Source: a virus
Length of the DNA: 64,000 bases
IMG/VR virus record: IMGVR_UViG_3300021168_000018
Direction: 5' to 3' (one strand)
Position 1 is the first letter of the stretch. Every line of letters begins with the position of its first letter. Of the stretch, positions 8,895 to 18,693 are shown piece after piece. The position numbers were made by a program, and so were the translations under genes. The notes beneath the pieces were generated by a model. The model was not told the DNA's origin. It saw nothing but the letters and a program-made list of their open reading frames with translations, and did no database searches.

Positions 8895-9491
8895 TCATCG
8901 TCTCCAGAAATTCTTGCCCCATTTCAACATCATTGCTAGAACGAAGGCGTGACCCATTTTCTTATTCGTGCATGTTAGCACGTCGATTAGACTCATACCA
9001 AACTTTCTTCTGTCATAGCCATCGAAATCCCACAGCCAGATTTCATCGTGTTCCTTGTACATCCTTCGCAACTCACTGAATGCTTCTGTCTTAGCTACTG
9101 CTCTAGCGTAAAGTGGGATGTAGATTTTCGCCCGTGCTTGGACGTAGTCGTAGCTCTTTCCATCCCACCAACTATATTCCGGAGAAACGCCTTTGCCCAT
9201 CGGATATCGGATTGCTCTCTGGCAATCCCAGCCTTCCTTTGCCCACACGAGCCATCGCTTCGTTGGATGTCCAAGTCCTCCATCTTCGAACTCTGAGTAC
9301 ACCTTGGAATACTGCCAGCCATTCTCCATGTTTCTAGAGACGTGTCCACCCCAGAGTTTGCATGGCCCTAGAAGGAACGGACTCAGTTGTCGCCAGAAGC
9401 TAGATTTAGATTTAGAGACAGTGCTTATCACCTCCACGTTTTTCGGTATGTCTTTGTCTCTTGGACCGACCACTATCACGTTGGCACTCAC
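8895..9491 (-). CDS. Hypothetical protein, possibly DUF6939/NADAR-like
   Basis: LSPFLLGP...SRNMENGWQYSKVY pattern recalled from that family; inserted between the sbcD-like and sbcC-like genes. Confidence 0.4.
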   Translation of the reverse strand: MSANVIVVGPRDKDIPKNVEVISTVSKSKSSFWRQLSPFLLGPCKLWGGHVSRNMENGWQYSKVYSEFEDGGLGHPTKRWLVWAKEGWDCQRAIRYPMGKGVSPEYSWWDGKSYDYVQARAKIYIPLYARAVAKTEAFSELRRMYKEHDEIWLWDFDGYDRRKFGMSLIDVLTCTNKKMGHAFVLAMMLKWGKNFWRR

Positions 9492-10540
9492 ATTTCACCT
9501 CGGTATAGTTTGTTTCCCAGCTTCAAGAGTCTTTCTTGCCTTTCTCGGCCTGCAATTTCTCTGCGAACGTACTGCCTGAAAGTCCTTCTGAGATTATACT
9601 CGTCTCCCATTCTAACGGCGCTGGGAACGTTATCTTCTTTTCCGCTAACAATCTGGACATGAAAGCCAATCTCTCGCGCCGTTCTCTTGATAGCTTGTTC
9701 TGGAAGTCCAGCATGTGGTCTAACTCTGACATAGTCTCCGTGCCAGCCAGCGGTATCTTTGCGAAAACGACTGAGGCTGGCGTCAGAGTCCCAATTTCGA
9801 AACTGAGGAAAACTGGTATACACTCGTTCTGTTGTAAAAACTTTTTCTCTATCCAGACTGACACTCCAGATGCAGGGTCTGTGAATCTCACCAAATGAAT
9901 GCTGCAATGGCGAGCCGAGATAGTAGACATTGTCTGCAAGACGCTGTCTGGTATGATAATCGGATAGGAGGACGAGTCCAAATTTATCGGCTTTGAGGTC
10001 CATAACTGTGATAGCGTTTTTAGGGATGTATCCTTTTGGTCCTGTTTTGGCACCGTAAACGCCGAAGTGTCCCACAAGACTCGTTTCCTTAGTTGCCCTG
10101 CAAGACTTGATTGCCTCTTTAATCTTATCCGCAGATGGACTCCAAGGCACCACGAAAATATGCTGCCATACCAATGTCGGTTCTTCCACAATTTTGGCGA
10201 TGGGCCGAAATGCTCCCAGACTGTGCAGTACGTGTCGGCCAGATTGTCTAGATACGTCGTGGTTGCCCATGTTGATGCAGATTTCCATGCCTGCTTTATG
10301 GAGCATTTGAATCTTTCTACAAGTCGCATCGAACACCTCAATATCTATGTAGCTGTTTTCTTCGAACAGGTCACCATTGATAAGAATCTTGGTGATACCG
10401 CGCTTCTGTGCTTCCTTGAGCAGGACGTCGAAAACGTGGAGGCAGTTCCATAGGCGACTGTTCATCCCGTCCTTGCGCGTGTGACTGAACTGTTTCCACG
10501 CATGGATTTGGAGGTCTCCAGAAATGAGCCATCTGAGCAT
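9488..10540 (-). CDS. SbcD/Mre11/gp47-like metallophosphoesterase nuclease
   Basis: GDLQIH, NGDLFE, GNHD, VGHF and DYH motifs. Confidence 0.88.
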   Translation of the reverse strand: MLRWLISGDLQIHAWKQFSHTRKDGMNSRLWNCLHVFDVLLKEAQKRGITKILINGDLFEENSYIDIEVFDATCRKIQMLHKAGMEICINMGNHDVSRQSGRHVLHSLGAFRPIAKIVEEPTLVWQHIFVVPWSPSADKIKEAIKSCRATKETSLVGHFGVYGAKTGPKGYIPKNAITVMDLKADKFGLVLLSDYHTRQRLADNVYYLGSPLQHSFGEIHRPCIWSVSLDREKVFTTERVYTSFPQFRNWDSDASLSRFRKDTAGWHGDYVRVRPHAGLPEQAIKRTAREIGFHVQIVSGKEDNVPSAVRMGDEYNLRRTFRQYVRREIAGRERQERLLKLGNKLYRGEM

Positions 10541-10980
10541 TACTCCAGTTCCACCCTCTCGCCTTTGTAGATGCGCTTCGTGTGCTCCAGATTTAGCCCA
10601 TAGGCTTTCCGCAGGAATTTCCAGTCTTCTAAGTCGTGGCGCACTGTTTTCCTAAAGCCTCTAGCTCCCCTCACATGCCCGTCAGGTGGAATGTGATGCA
10701 ATTCGTGGCGAAGCACCCACAGCTTGTACGATTTCTTCTGCTTATCAAAACGATTGGCATGGAACGCGATGATGTAATCGTACTGTTCGCTAAATGTACT
10801 CCACGGCGGTCGGTTGGGGAATATCTTGCCCATCCACCTGCTATTTCGCGTGACCATGCCCATCAGTGCGATACGCTTGGTTTTCACGTGAGCCAGAACG
10901 GTCGGGAATAGCTTCTTGACGCGCTTGAGAAGTGGACGGTAGTCGTCGCGAATAATCCATTTCTTAGCGTGCCTAGCCAT
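10540..10980 (-). CDS. Putative phage metallopeptidase
   Basis: HELHH (HExxH) followed by VRHDLEDW. Confidence 0.55.
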   Translation of the reverse strand: MARHAKKWIIRDDYRPLLKRVKKLFPTVLAHVKTKRIALMGMVTRNSRWMGKIFPNRPPWSTFSEQYDYIIAFHANRFDKQKKSYKLWVLRHELHHIPPDGHVRGARGFRKTVRHDLEDWKFLRKAYGLNLEHTKRIYKGERVELE

Positions 10981-11197
10981 CGTGTGTCACCCTTGGAAAT
11001 CTGAAGTGCCCGTCGAATCTGTCTCGAAGACTTTGCTTCGCTATTTTCCTAGTCAAATACTCCAGACGCCATCTATACAGATAGTTCGCATCCAGCACTG
11101 TGATAGGTTCTCCTTTCGCCACTTTCTCGACCGCTTTCCACAACCTGTTCATAGACGCGCTATTGATTTGCATGATGCGCGGGAATCGCCTAATCAT
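10973..11197 (-). CDS. 74-aa hypothetical protein with RFPR at both termini
   Basis: ATG at 11197 overlaps the exonuclease stop; MIRRFPRI...HFRFPRVTHDG. Confidence 0.6.
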   Translation of the reverse strand: MIRRFPRIMQINSASMNRLWKAVEKVAKGEPITVLDANYLYRWRLEYLTRKIAKQSLRDRFDGHFRFPRVTHDG

Positions 11198-12126
11198 TTG
11201 TAGTCCAGCCCTTCGAATGCCGTTATCCATCCACCGAAATCCGCCAACAACGACACAAATTTCTGTTCTTGGAAATATTGCTTCACTTTGGCCCTGTCCA
11301 CTTTGTGCCTTCCCTTGACCGCTTCTTGCACGCACTCTACAGCGCCTTTGCAATGGATTGACGCCACGCTCAGGTCTATCAAGCATAGATTCCTGAACGC
11401 TATTTCCTTGGCTCCCTCGCTGTAGAGCAGCGCGTAACGATTTCCCATCTTATAGACTTTCTTCTCTACTGAAGACGTGAACAGCTTGTCTATGCTGCCA
11501 TACTTTTTCAGTAACTCTGTGGCCGTTACTTCTCCGAAGCCAGAAGCGACGCCGGGTATGTTGTCGCCCTTGTCCCCTATCAACGCCCTGAGCTGGAGAT
11601 ACTGGTCTGGCGACATACCCACCACCTTCTTGAACGTCTCGATACGGTAGAGCGCGGATTTGATTGGTGACCAGACCTGGACATCCTCGCTTACGAGCTG
11701 GAACATATCCATATCGCTAGACACGACAATTTTCCTGCCTTGCAATTTCTGGCACGCGACACTTATCAAGTCGTCAGCTTCTGTCTCTGGGAAATCAGCT
11801 TGGCTTACATTGAGCCATTTCAAAGTGTTCTTGATTGATTCTGCCTGTATTAGAAAACTCCTGAACTCCTTGGCGTGTTCTAGGTCCAATTCGTGGTCTC
11901 GGTTGCCTTTGTACGCCGGATAGATTTTCTTGCGATATGCTGAACGTCCGGAGTCCCAGCAAACGAGCGCTACGTCTGGCTCGAACTGCTCTATGCAACT
12001 TCGCAGTAGACGTAGGAAGCCGTAGACCATTTGGACTGGTTTCCCGTTCGCAGTGAGAGTTGGGACCACCTTGAGAACGCGCCAGCAAGCGTTATTCGCG
12101 TCTATGAGTAGAATTTTCTTCAACAA
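11194..12126 (-). CDS. 5'-3' exonuclease / flap endonuclease (PolI N-terminal or T4 RNase H type)
   Basis: LIDAN, CWDS, YPAYKGNR, EADD, SSDMDMFQL, GDKGDNIPG (H3TH). Confidence 0.92.
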   Translation of the reverse strand: MLKKILLIDANNACWRVLKVVPTLTANGKPVQMVYGFLRLLRSCIEQFEPDVALVCWDSGRSAYRKKIYPAYKGNRDHELDLEHAKEFRSFLIQAESIKNTLKWLNVSQADFPETEADDLISVACQKLQGRKIVVSSDMDMFQLVSEDVQVWSPIKSALYRIETFKKVVGMSPDQYLQLRALIGDKGDNIPGVASGFGEVTATELLKKYGSIDKLFTSSVEKKVYKMGNRYALLYSEGAKEIAFRNLCLIDLSVASIHCKGAVECVQEAVKGRHKVDRAKVKQYFQEQKFVSLLADFGGWITAFEGLDYK

Positions 12127-12377
12127 GAGTCACCGTTAACTATGATACAATGTTCCCAGTCCAAATCCTTGACATGCTCTTCACCACACGCTGCTCGAAC
12201 CATATCCTGTGCAAATTCCAGGTCGTTGTTTTCGTTGGGATGCAGGAACTCGAATTTACCAACTGACTTCCCATCTATTTCTACATAATGTCCGCAGCAT
12301 CCTGTTTCGCACCCATAAGAACCATGTAAAACTAGAATTCTCATTTTTCTGCCCTCACGACTGTGCTCTGTCTGCAT
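12120..12377 (-). CDS. Hypothetical protein
   Basis: Coupled ORF; probable start MRILVL at 12344. Confidence 0.4.
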   Translation of the reverse strand: MQTEHSREGRKMRILVLHGSYGCETGCCGHYVEIDGKSVGKFEFLHPNENNDLEFAQDMVRAACGEEHVKDLDWEHCIIVNGDSC

Positions 12378-13393
12378 TCCTTGTCTAACTGTTCTCTGTG
12401 CTTCCGGTAGTATTTCGGGAACTGCTTTCTCGTCATCACGGACCCACGATATCTATATGAAGCGTGCTGCTTCTTGAAGATATCGTTCTCTACGCAATAC
12501 TCCCAGATGGATAGTGATTTGTGGATTCCCTTGTCGAAATAAATTGGGAGCAGGCAGCTTCTTTCGGGCGGCGCGACTTTGTTCTTTGTACATTCCATTT
12601 TAGAGAGATAGCCGACCTTCTCATCCGCTGAGTTCTTGATAACTTTGATTCTAGATATCCTTGCGCGAACCAAAGCGTAAAATCGCAACGCCTTCCCGCC
12701 ATACGTTGTCTCCTTGCTGCCCCACATGACGCCTAGATTGGTCCTGGTCTGATTGACGCATATCAAACAGACCTTGTTTACGAATAGGAACCGAACCAGC
12801 CGGCGAAATAGCTTCGACATCTGGAGAGCCGACCGGCCCATGTCACTGCCTTCGAGTCCGGCTTTGTTGGCGAGTTCTGACCTAGTTGGCGTCGCAGCAA
12901 TAGAATCCCAACCTATTACGATTGGGGTGTTCTGGTCCGTCTTACGGATTTCGCCAACGATTGATTTGATCTGAGCATATACGTCCTCCACTGTCTCCAC
13001 TTCGCAAATGAGCAGCTTACTTTCGTCCAGTCCCACGTTCTTGGCCCTGCGATGCTCTAGAGAATACTCCGTAGGGAAGAGAATCGTGTAGTATTTATGG
13101 CGCTGACTTTCAGCAAGTGTTTCCTCCATGATAGCACTTTTGCCACTGGCTTCATTGCCGTATATCTCAACAATTCCGGGAGGAAATCCGAGTCCGTAGC
13201 AGACAATGCAATCAATAGGTAGAATGCCGCTAGACACGTAACTTCTAGGCTGGCTAAAAACGCTGTCTCCAAGTAGCGACGTAGAATTGCCATTTTTGTC
13301 CTTGTTGTACTTTTTTATGATACGCTGCAACACTTTGTCACGGACGCCACGAGGCTCCTCACCCTTCTTCAGTCGTGGAAATCTATGTATCAT
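12341..13393 (-). CDS. recA: RecA/UvsX recombinase
   Basis: EIYGNEASGKS, WDSIAA, CVNQTR, TYGGKALRFYA, KNKVAPP. Confidence 0.92.
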   Translation of the reverse strand: MIHRFPRLKKGEEPRGVRDKVLQRIIKKYNKDKNGNSTSLLGDSVFSQPRSYVSSGILPIDCIVCYGLGFPPGIVEIYGNEASGKSAIMEETLAESQRHKYYTILFPTEYSLEHRRAKNVGLDESKLLICEVETVEDVYAQIKSIVGEIRKTDQNTPIVIGWDSIAATPTRSELANKAGLEGSDMGRSALQMSKLFRRLVRFLFVNKVCLICVNQTRTNLGVMWGSKETTYGGKALRFYALVRARISRIKVIKNSADEKVGYLSKMECTKNKVAPPERSCLLPIYFDKGIHKSLSIWEYCVENDIFKKQHASYRYRGSVMTRKQFPKYYRKHREQLDKECRQSTVVRAEK

Positions 13394-13435
13394 CTGGAGG
13401 CCTCTTCGGAAGAGGGAGAATAACCGATTCTCCCC

Positions 13436-14401
13436 CTATTCGTCGTCATCATCTTCCTCATCAGACTTCTTGTGCTTCAGCTTTTTCTTCAGCTTCTTGT
13501 ATTTCTTCTCTAGGTCTGAGTCGTCTTCTTCGTCGTCGCTTGAATCGTCATCATCCCCTTCTTCATCGCCATCAGAGTCGGAGTCATCTTCATCGTCCTC
13601 TGTCTCCTCCTCATCATCTTCCTCTTTATCCTCATCGTCTTCATCTTCGTCCCCATGCTCCTTTTCTTCTCGTGCTAGACGCTTGGCTTTCTTCTCTGCC
13701 TTTTCTAGGAACGCTTCACACTCTTCCTTGCTGCTGCCATGCACGAGAGCGTCCAAGTCGTTGAGAGTTTTCTTGATTGCTATCCTTTTCTCTTCATCGG
13801 AGAAAATAGGCGTCATGTGGTCAACTGGACGGAACGTGTAATTCGTGTCGTCTCTGCCCTTGCCTTCACGCGTCGCCTTGATAAGCCTGCCATAGACGCT
13901 GTGCGTGACGCCTAGGATATGCTTGCTGCGATAGTCCTCATCAGCGAATATGTCCATCATCAAGTCCTGCCACTTGCGAGATAGGCGCATGACCTTGAAT
14001 CTGTTGTCCACGTAACGCTTGACGACGATGCCCTTGTCGGTACGCTTGAATTTCTTAGCGACCAGCACGTTCCACAAGCCTTCAGTATTCTGCTTGATTA
14101 GGGACCATAGCTTCTTGCCCTTTGGAGAGCGGTCGGATTTCAGCTCCTTCAAGCGTATGCAGACGGGACACTTGCGCGGCTTGCCTGTCTTCTCGTCGAT
14201 GTCGTTTTTACGACAATAGACCCTATCTGTGAAATAGCCGTGGAACGCCACGTCTTTCCAGAATTCCCCGCCCTTCTTCCATGGGGGACCGATGCGGATA
14301 TATTTCTGTGTGCCTCCTTCTAGTTTGAACCAGTCTACCTTGCCTTTCTTCCCACGACGCTTCTTTAGTTCTTGGCGTATTTCCTTTGCAGTTTTCGTCA
14401 C
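13436..14401 (-). CDS. Probable single-stranded DNA-binding protein with long acidic tail
   Basis: GTG at 14401 after GGAGG; RIGPPW...FHGY...C...CPVC, TREGKGRDDTNY and a D/E-rich tail. Sits next to recA as gp32-like SSBs do. Confidence 0.55.
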   Translation of the reverse strand: MTKTAKEIRQELKKRRGKKGKVDWFKLEGGTQKYIRIGPPWKKGGEFWKDVAFHGYFTDRVYCRKNDIDEKTGKPRKCPVCIRLKELKSDRSPKGKKLWSLIKQNTEGLWNVLVAKKFKRTDKGIVVKRYVDNRFKVMRLSRKWQDLMMDIFADEDYRSKHILGVTHSVYGRLIKATREGKGRDDTNYTFRPVDHMTPIFSDEEKRIAIKKTLNDLDALVHGSSKEECEAFLEKAEKKAKRLAREEKEHGDEDEDDEDKEEDDEEETEDDEDDSDSDGDEEGDDDDSSDDEEDDSDLEKKYKKLKKKLKHKKSDEEDDDDE

Positions 14402-14402
14402 T

Positions 14403-14864
14403 TTACTCTTCCTCCTTGAACCCTTCTGACTTCTTGTCGGCCCTGCGATTTGCATTCAGAGCCATCAAAGAACTTTGCTTCATTTCAATGCCTCTCATGG
14501 CGCTGTATTTCAGCGTGCGTTCCGAGTTCTGCCAGTTGCGCAGCCTTCTTTTCAGCTTCATGTATTTCTCGTTGCGAACCACGTAGAATTTCAGGTCAGT
14601 CTTGCGCTTCGCTACATTGGCCTTCGCATACTTGATAAACAGGTTCGCTTCCAGCACAGCGAGCCTGTCTTCCAAGTCGGAAACCTTTGCTGACACTTCT
14701 GAGTAGAGCGCCGCCCAGAAACCGTACCTTCTGGGATTGCGCTCTAGTTCTCTATCGAGACTATGCTTATCTACCCTCAACTCTCGCATGAGATCTGCTT
14801 CATGGATTTGCTGAGGGTAGATTTGGACAACGACTGGGATTTCTGCTAGCTTAGTTTTTTTCAC
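14403..14864 (-). CDS. Coiled-coil protein, possible UvsY-like recombination mediator
   Basis: Helical 153 aa directly upstream of SSB and recA; mostly a positional inference. Confidence 0.35.
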   Translation of the reverse strand: MKKTKLAEIPVVVQIYPQQIHEADLMRELRVDKHSLDRELERNPRRYGFWAALYSEVSAKVSDLEDRLAVLEANLFIKYAKANVAKRKTDLKFYVVRNEKYMKLKRRLRNWQNSERTLKYSAMRGIEMKQSSLMALNANRRADKKSEGFKEEE

Positions 14865-14882
14865 ATTTGCCTGCTTACTATA

Positions 14883-14895
14883 ATGAAACGCTATT
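14883..14895 (-). promoter_or_regulatory. Conserved upstream motif AATAGCGTTTCAT, copy 1
   Basis: Exact 13-mer, 18 nt before the GTG at 14864. Confidence 0.7.
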
Positions 14896-17560
14896 ACTGC
14901 AAAAACTGTTTTGGAATGATAAACTGGCCGGGTATCTTCGTGTGTTCAAGTTCCACCATGTCGCCCATGTTCTTGTCGCCTATCGCACAGTCTGTGTCGA
15001 GTGGCACGTTCAATTTCCAGCCAATCGTCTTCAATAGGTATTTTCTATCGCTCATGTAGAAATGCAGTTTCGGCACCACGAGTCTCAACTCTTTACGATA
15101 GGCATCCAAATAGACAGCGTCGTAAACGTAATTGATTACCCTAGTTTTCATCTGATTTCTCAGGAGCCAGTGCTGCATTCTGTACGCTGCGATAAGGTTA
15201 ATATCGGATGCATCCCCTTGTATCGGCGCGTTGATTCCCTCTCGTATTGCGTGGTTCGCACGACCTATGTCCTCATCCGCCGCTTCTGGTAGTCTTCTGT
15301 GACGATTGTAATGTGAAACGGACAGGCAGTCTTTCCTGATGCGTTCCTGCTCAGCTTCTAGATATGCTGCGATGCCGTGATATTTCCCAAAGTACCGGCT
15401 CTTGAATTCTTCGGCTTTTTGCAATGACCAGCCAAAATCCGCTGCGAGCGCTTTGGCGTCACGACCGTACACTAGACCGAATGACACAGCGTTCTTACTA
15501 TAGCTCCGTAGCTCCTTCTGTTTCTCAGCGGGCAATTTGTTCCATCTCTTTTCAGTGTACTCGAACGCCGCTTGCGCTCCCTTGGCGTGCGGGTCCTCGC
15601 CAGCCATGAACTCGGCAATCATCACTTTGTCTTTGGCCCTGTCAGCCATCAAGCGCAATTCGATTTGCTTAGAGTCTTGCTTGACTATGACATTGCGTTC
15701 GCTGCTCGGTACAAACTGGCTCATCAGCTCATCTGTCAAAGAGCTGCGAGCAGGCAGGTTGTACATATTCGGGTCTTGACATGACGGTCGGCCAGTCCTG
15801 GTCCCATGCGGCAAGTGACTACCATGCACTCTGTTGTCTGTGCCTATCCACTTCGTCGGGAGCGGCAGGATATATTTCGAGTGTGCCGAGGAATACTTGC
15901 CACGTTCTATCATCCGTTTAAGGATTGGACTTTTGTGCTTCTGCTGCAACTCCTCGATTATCCAGCGCTTGACGGAGTCTAGCCCGGAATCAGTTTCATC
16001 CAGCGACTCGTACTCCAGCACCTCAAACAGCAATTTTCGCCGGATGTCTGGAGAGTTCAGGTTGATTGGCTTTTTGTTTTTCTTGTAAATCTCGAAAACT
16101 TTCGCCTTGAAATTCGGCGGTTTCTTTTTGTAGCCTTGGACATGTTCGTAAGCGTCCGCAAATGATTTCTCGTCGGCTTCTTTTTGAAGCTGTTTGATTT
16201 CTGGATAGCTATAGAGTTTTTCGTCCAGTTTGCTGATGCGGTCCCTGTAGAGCACGTCTAGCTGGCTGTTACGCTTTTCACTGGCTTTGATACCGACCAC
16301 TTGCATCATCATACAAATCCAACTTATCGGCATCAATGGAAACATTAGTGGTTTCTCGAACAGCCCTTCCGCTTTCAGCTTCTTTCTCTGATAGAAAAAC
16401 AGGCGGCGCGTCGCTATGCAATCGTCGCCGTTGTATGGATACAGGATGTCCGTAGGGATTAGATTGTAGTTAGCTCTAGCTTCTGGATTGGTCAGCTTGT
16501 ACTGTTCCAGCATCTGGTCGTATGATGGCATGTCTACGCGGCCACACCACTTGTCTAATCCATGCAGTCCTCGCAGTTCGTTAAGAGCGTAACTCGCCAG
16601 CATCCCATCGAAATATGCGCCGGTCTTGTGGCCTTTGCCGCCGAGCCAGATATTGTGCTTGACTCCTACATATCCCACGTCGTAGATGCCGTTCCACACG
16701 AGCCATTTCAGCCCTGGATACTCCCAGACTTCCTTGACGCCTTCTAACACTTCTTCTGGACGCAGCTTGCAGCCCTTTAATCCTACTCTAGCGTGGACCG
16801 GAAATTCCCACGAGTGTTCGTTTGTGTCAGCTACACCTATTACCCCTGTCTCTGCTTTCGCCTTTCTTGAAAATGGTGACAGCGTGCTGGCTTCTATGTC
16901 GGTAGCCGGATATTCGCATTTCTTAATTGCATCCACGGCCTCTTGCAGCATCTTCCTATCTAGAATTGTCGTGTGGACGCGGTCTGACTTTGCGTGTATC
17001 GACCTGGAAGTGGCGGCACGTTTAGCGACTCGCAATGCATCAAGGAAGGATTTTCGAGTAGCAGGAGTGTTGTTTCGCAGCAAATAGGCGGGATGGAACA
17101 TGCAGACATATTTCAGCCTGCCTATATCGATGACTTGTCCATGTAGTTTAAGGATACCGGATCTATTGAGGATTGATTTAATTGCTGAATTTCCAATGAG
17201 CACGACAACTTTAGGACCAGTCGCTCTGATTTCCCTGAGGATATGCGGTCGACAATGTGCGATTGCGTTGGGAAACTTGCTAAGGTTATTTTCTGGAGGT
17301 CGACATCTCACCACGTTCGTAAAACGGCATTTGTCAATTGGGATTCCAGCGTCTTCAATACTTTGTCTAAGTTCACTACCGCTCTCTCCAGCAAAAGGGT
17401 ATCCTTCATCATCTTCCTCCCGACCCGGAGCCTCTCCAACGAAGAGCCATGTTGGATTCTTGCTGCCTTCACCATTCATCACGGGATGCTGACACAATTT
17501 GAATAGACCGCATGGTTCGCAGAACGAGTCTGGTTGCCGGATTACGTTAAGACTTAGCAT
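14894..17560 (-). CDS. polA: Family A DNA polymerase with N-terminal family-4 UDG domain and 3'-5' exonuclease
   Basis: UDG: CEPC...VGEAPGREED, TNVVRCRPP, MFHPAYLLR. Exo: TDIEAS, YNGDD. Pol: GTRTGR, DSKQIELR, KNAVSFGLVYG, NAPIQG, VYD. Confidence 0.95.
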   Translation of the reverse strand: MLSLNVIRQPDSFCEPCGLFKLCQHPVMNGEGSKNPTWLFVGEAPGREEDDEGYPFAGESGSELRQSIEDAGIPIDKCRFTNVVRCRPPENNLSKFPNAIAHCRPHILREIRATGPKVVVLIGNSAIKSILNRSGILKLHGQVIDIGRLKYVCMFHPAYLLRNNTPATRKSFLDALRVAKRAATSRSIHAKSDRVHTTILDRKMLQEAVDAIKKCEYPATDIEASTLSPFSRKAKAETGVIGVADTNEHSWEFPVHARVGLKGCKLRPEEVLEGVKEVWEYPGLKWLVWNGIYDVGYVGVKHNIWLGGKGHKTGAYFDGMLASYALNELRGLHGLDKWCGRVDMPSYDQMLEQYKLTNPEARANYNLIPTDILYPYNGDDCIATRRLFFYQRKKLKAEGLFEKPLMFPLMPISWICMMMQVVGIKASEKRNSQLDVLYRDRISKLDEKLYSYPEIKQLQKEADEKSFADAYEHVQGYKKKPPNFKAKVFEIYKKNKKPINLNSPDIRRKLLFEVLEYESLDETDSGLDSVKRWIIEELQQKHKSPILKRMIERGKYSSAHSKYILPLPTKWIGTDNRVHGSHLPHGTRTGRPSCQDPNMYNLPARSSLTDELMSQFVPSSERNVIVKQDSKQIELRLMADRAKDKVMIAEFMAGEDPHAKGAQAAFEYTEKRWNKLPAEKQKELRSYSKNAVSFGLVYGRDAKALAADFGWSLQKAEEFKSRYFGKYHGIAAYLEAEQERIRKDCLSVSHYNRHRRLPEAADEDIGRANHAIREGINAPIQGDASDINLIAAYRMQHWLLRNQMKTRVINYVYDAVYLDAYRKELRLVVPKLHFYMSDRKYLLKTIGWKLNVPLDTDCAIGDKNMGDMVELEHTKIPGQFIIPKQFLQ

Positions 17561-17772
17561 TGCTCTTTTCTGAAATCGATACTTTCACAGTGCTGCGACA
17601 CAAACGATAAGTCGCTTAGGTATTGCTCTCGTTCGCCCTTCAGTCTCCATTGTCTATGTGGTGGGCAGTCTGAATTTCGGCAATTGTGCATTCCTGTTGT
17701 CGCGCTATGATACATCGTTCTGCCACAGTGCTCGCACTTAGGGCATGGACCACGTGGACATTCGCCAATCAT
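17554..17772 (-). CDS. Small Cys-rich hypothetical protein
   Basis: RBS GGAGGGGAG; several CxxC pairs. Confidence 0.45.
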   Translation of the reverse strand: MIGECPRGPCPKCEHCGRTMYHSATTGMHNCRNSDCPPHRQWRLKGEREQYLSDLSFVSQHCESIDFRKEQC

Positions 17773-17822
17773 TTCTCCCCCTCCGACTGTTTGCCCGTGC
17801 CTACTGGCTCACTCGTTAGCTG

Positions 17823-18212
17823 CTAGGCCGCTCGGCTGCACAAAGCCTTACCTACTTCCTCTATCCATTTGTCACGGCAAAGCATCGCGTTCTTTGCGTC
17901 TCCCACACCTCGCTCATACTCCTCACGTAGCTGCTGTTCATGTCGCAAGCCAAAGCCGTCAATCTCGTGATGCTTGCGCACGATGTATCCACCGAGATGC
18001 CGCAACCACGCTCCGTGCCAGAACCTAAACTGGAAACGTTCCAGCCGAAGCTCCTCGTTCAAGCGAATAATCTCGCGCTCCAATTCATTGACTAACCCGT
18101 TCATCAAGTTGCTCCCTCTCCGGCCCGCGCTCAGGACTGCTTGGGCGGGCGCTCTGATTCTCTCCAATTCGGCAATGCACAGAACATATCGAACCGCCTC
18201 ACGATTGGACAA
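17823..18212 (-). CDS. Hypothetical protein
   Basis: Coding-strand ORF in the small-gene cluster. Confidence 0.4.
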   Translation of the reverse strand: MSNREAVRYVLCIAELERIRAPAQAVLSAGRRGSNLMNGLVNELEREIIRLNEELRLERFQFRFWHGAWLRHLGGYIVRKHHEIDGFGLRHEQQLREEYERGVGDAKNAMLCRDKWIEEVGKALCSRAA

Positions 18213-18693
18213 ATCGCTGGACTCGTCTTAGTTTGAGTGTTAGGAATCGGTGCGCAGATAACATCTGGATGAACACGCATGAAAAGGGGCGGCTCTATTC
18301 GATGCTCGGCTTGAGCCATGACCACTTGCAGCCATTCAAGACATTGTTTATCAGATGGTTTCAACTCATCGTTAGTAACACCCATCTTGGTGTAAAGAAA
18401 ACAACGATACATCGCCAACAGGTCACTGTCTGTCATCTCAACCTTCTTGCTACGCTTAGTTTTTTGTCGCTCATCCGGCTTTCGCCTCCTTGTCTGGCTC
18501 CTGGCTGGCTTGCTCAACCCATTTACCTTCCAAGAACCGCTTAAGGTCTTTCTCTAGCGCAGCGCAAACGCTGTCATCTTGAATTAGGAGTTGCGCATAG
18601 CTGTGCGGAATCGTTGTAGTTATCTCAACGGACTCCACCCACGCATCGGGGGCATTATCATTTATGGTCAACGTTACTTCGCTGCGCTTCGCG

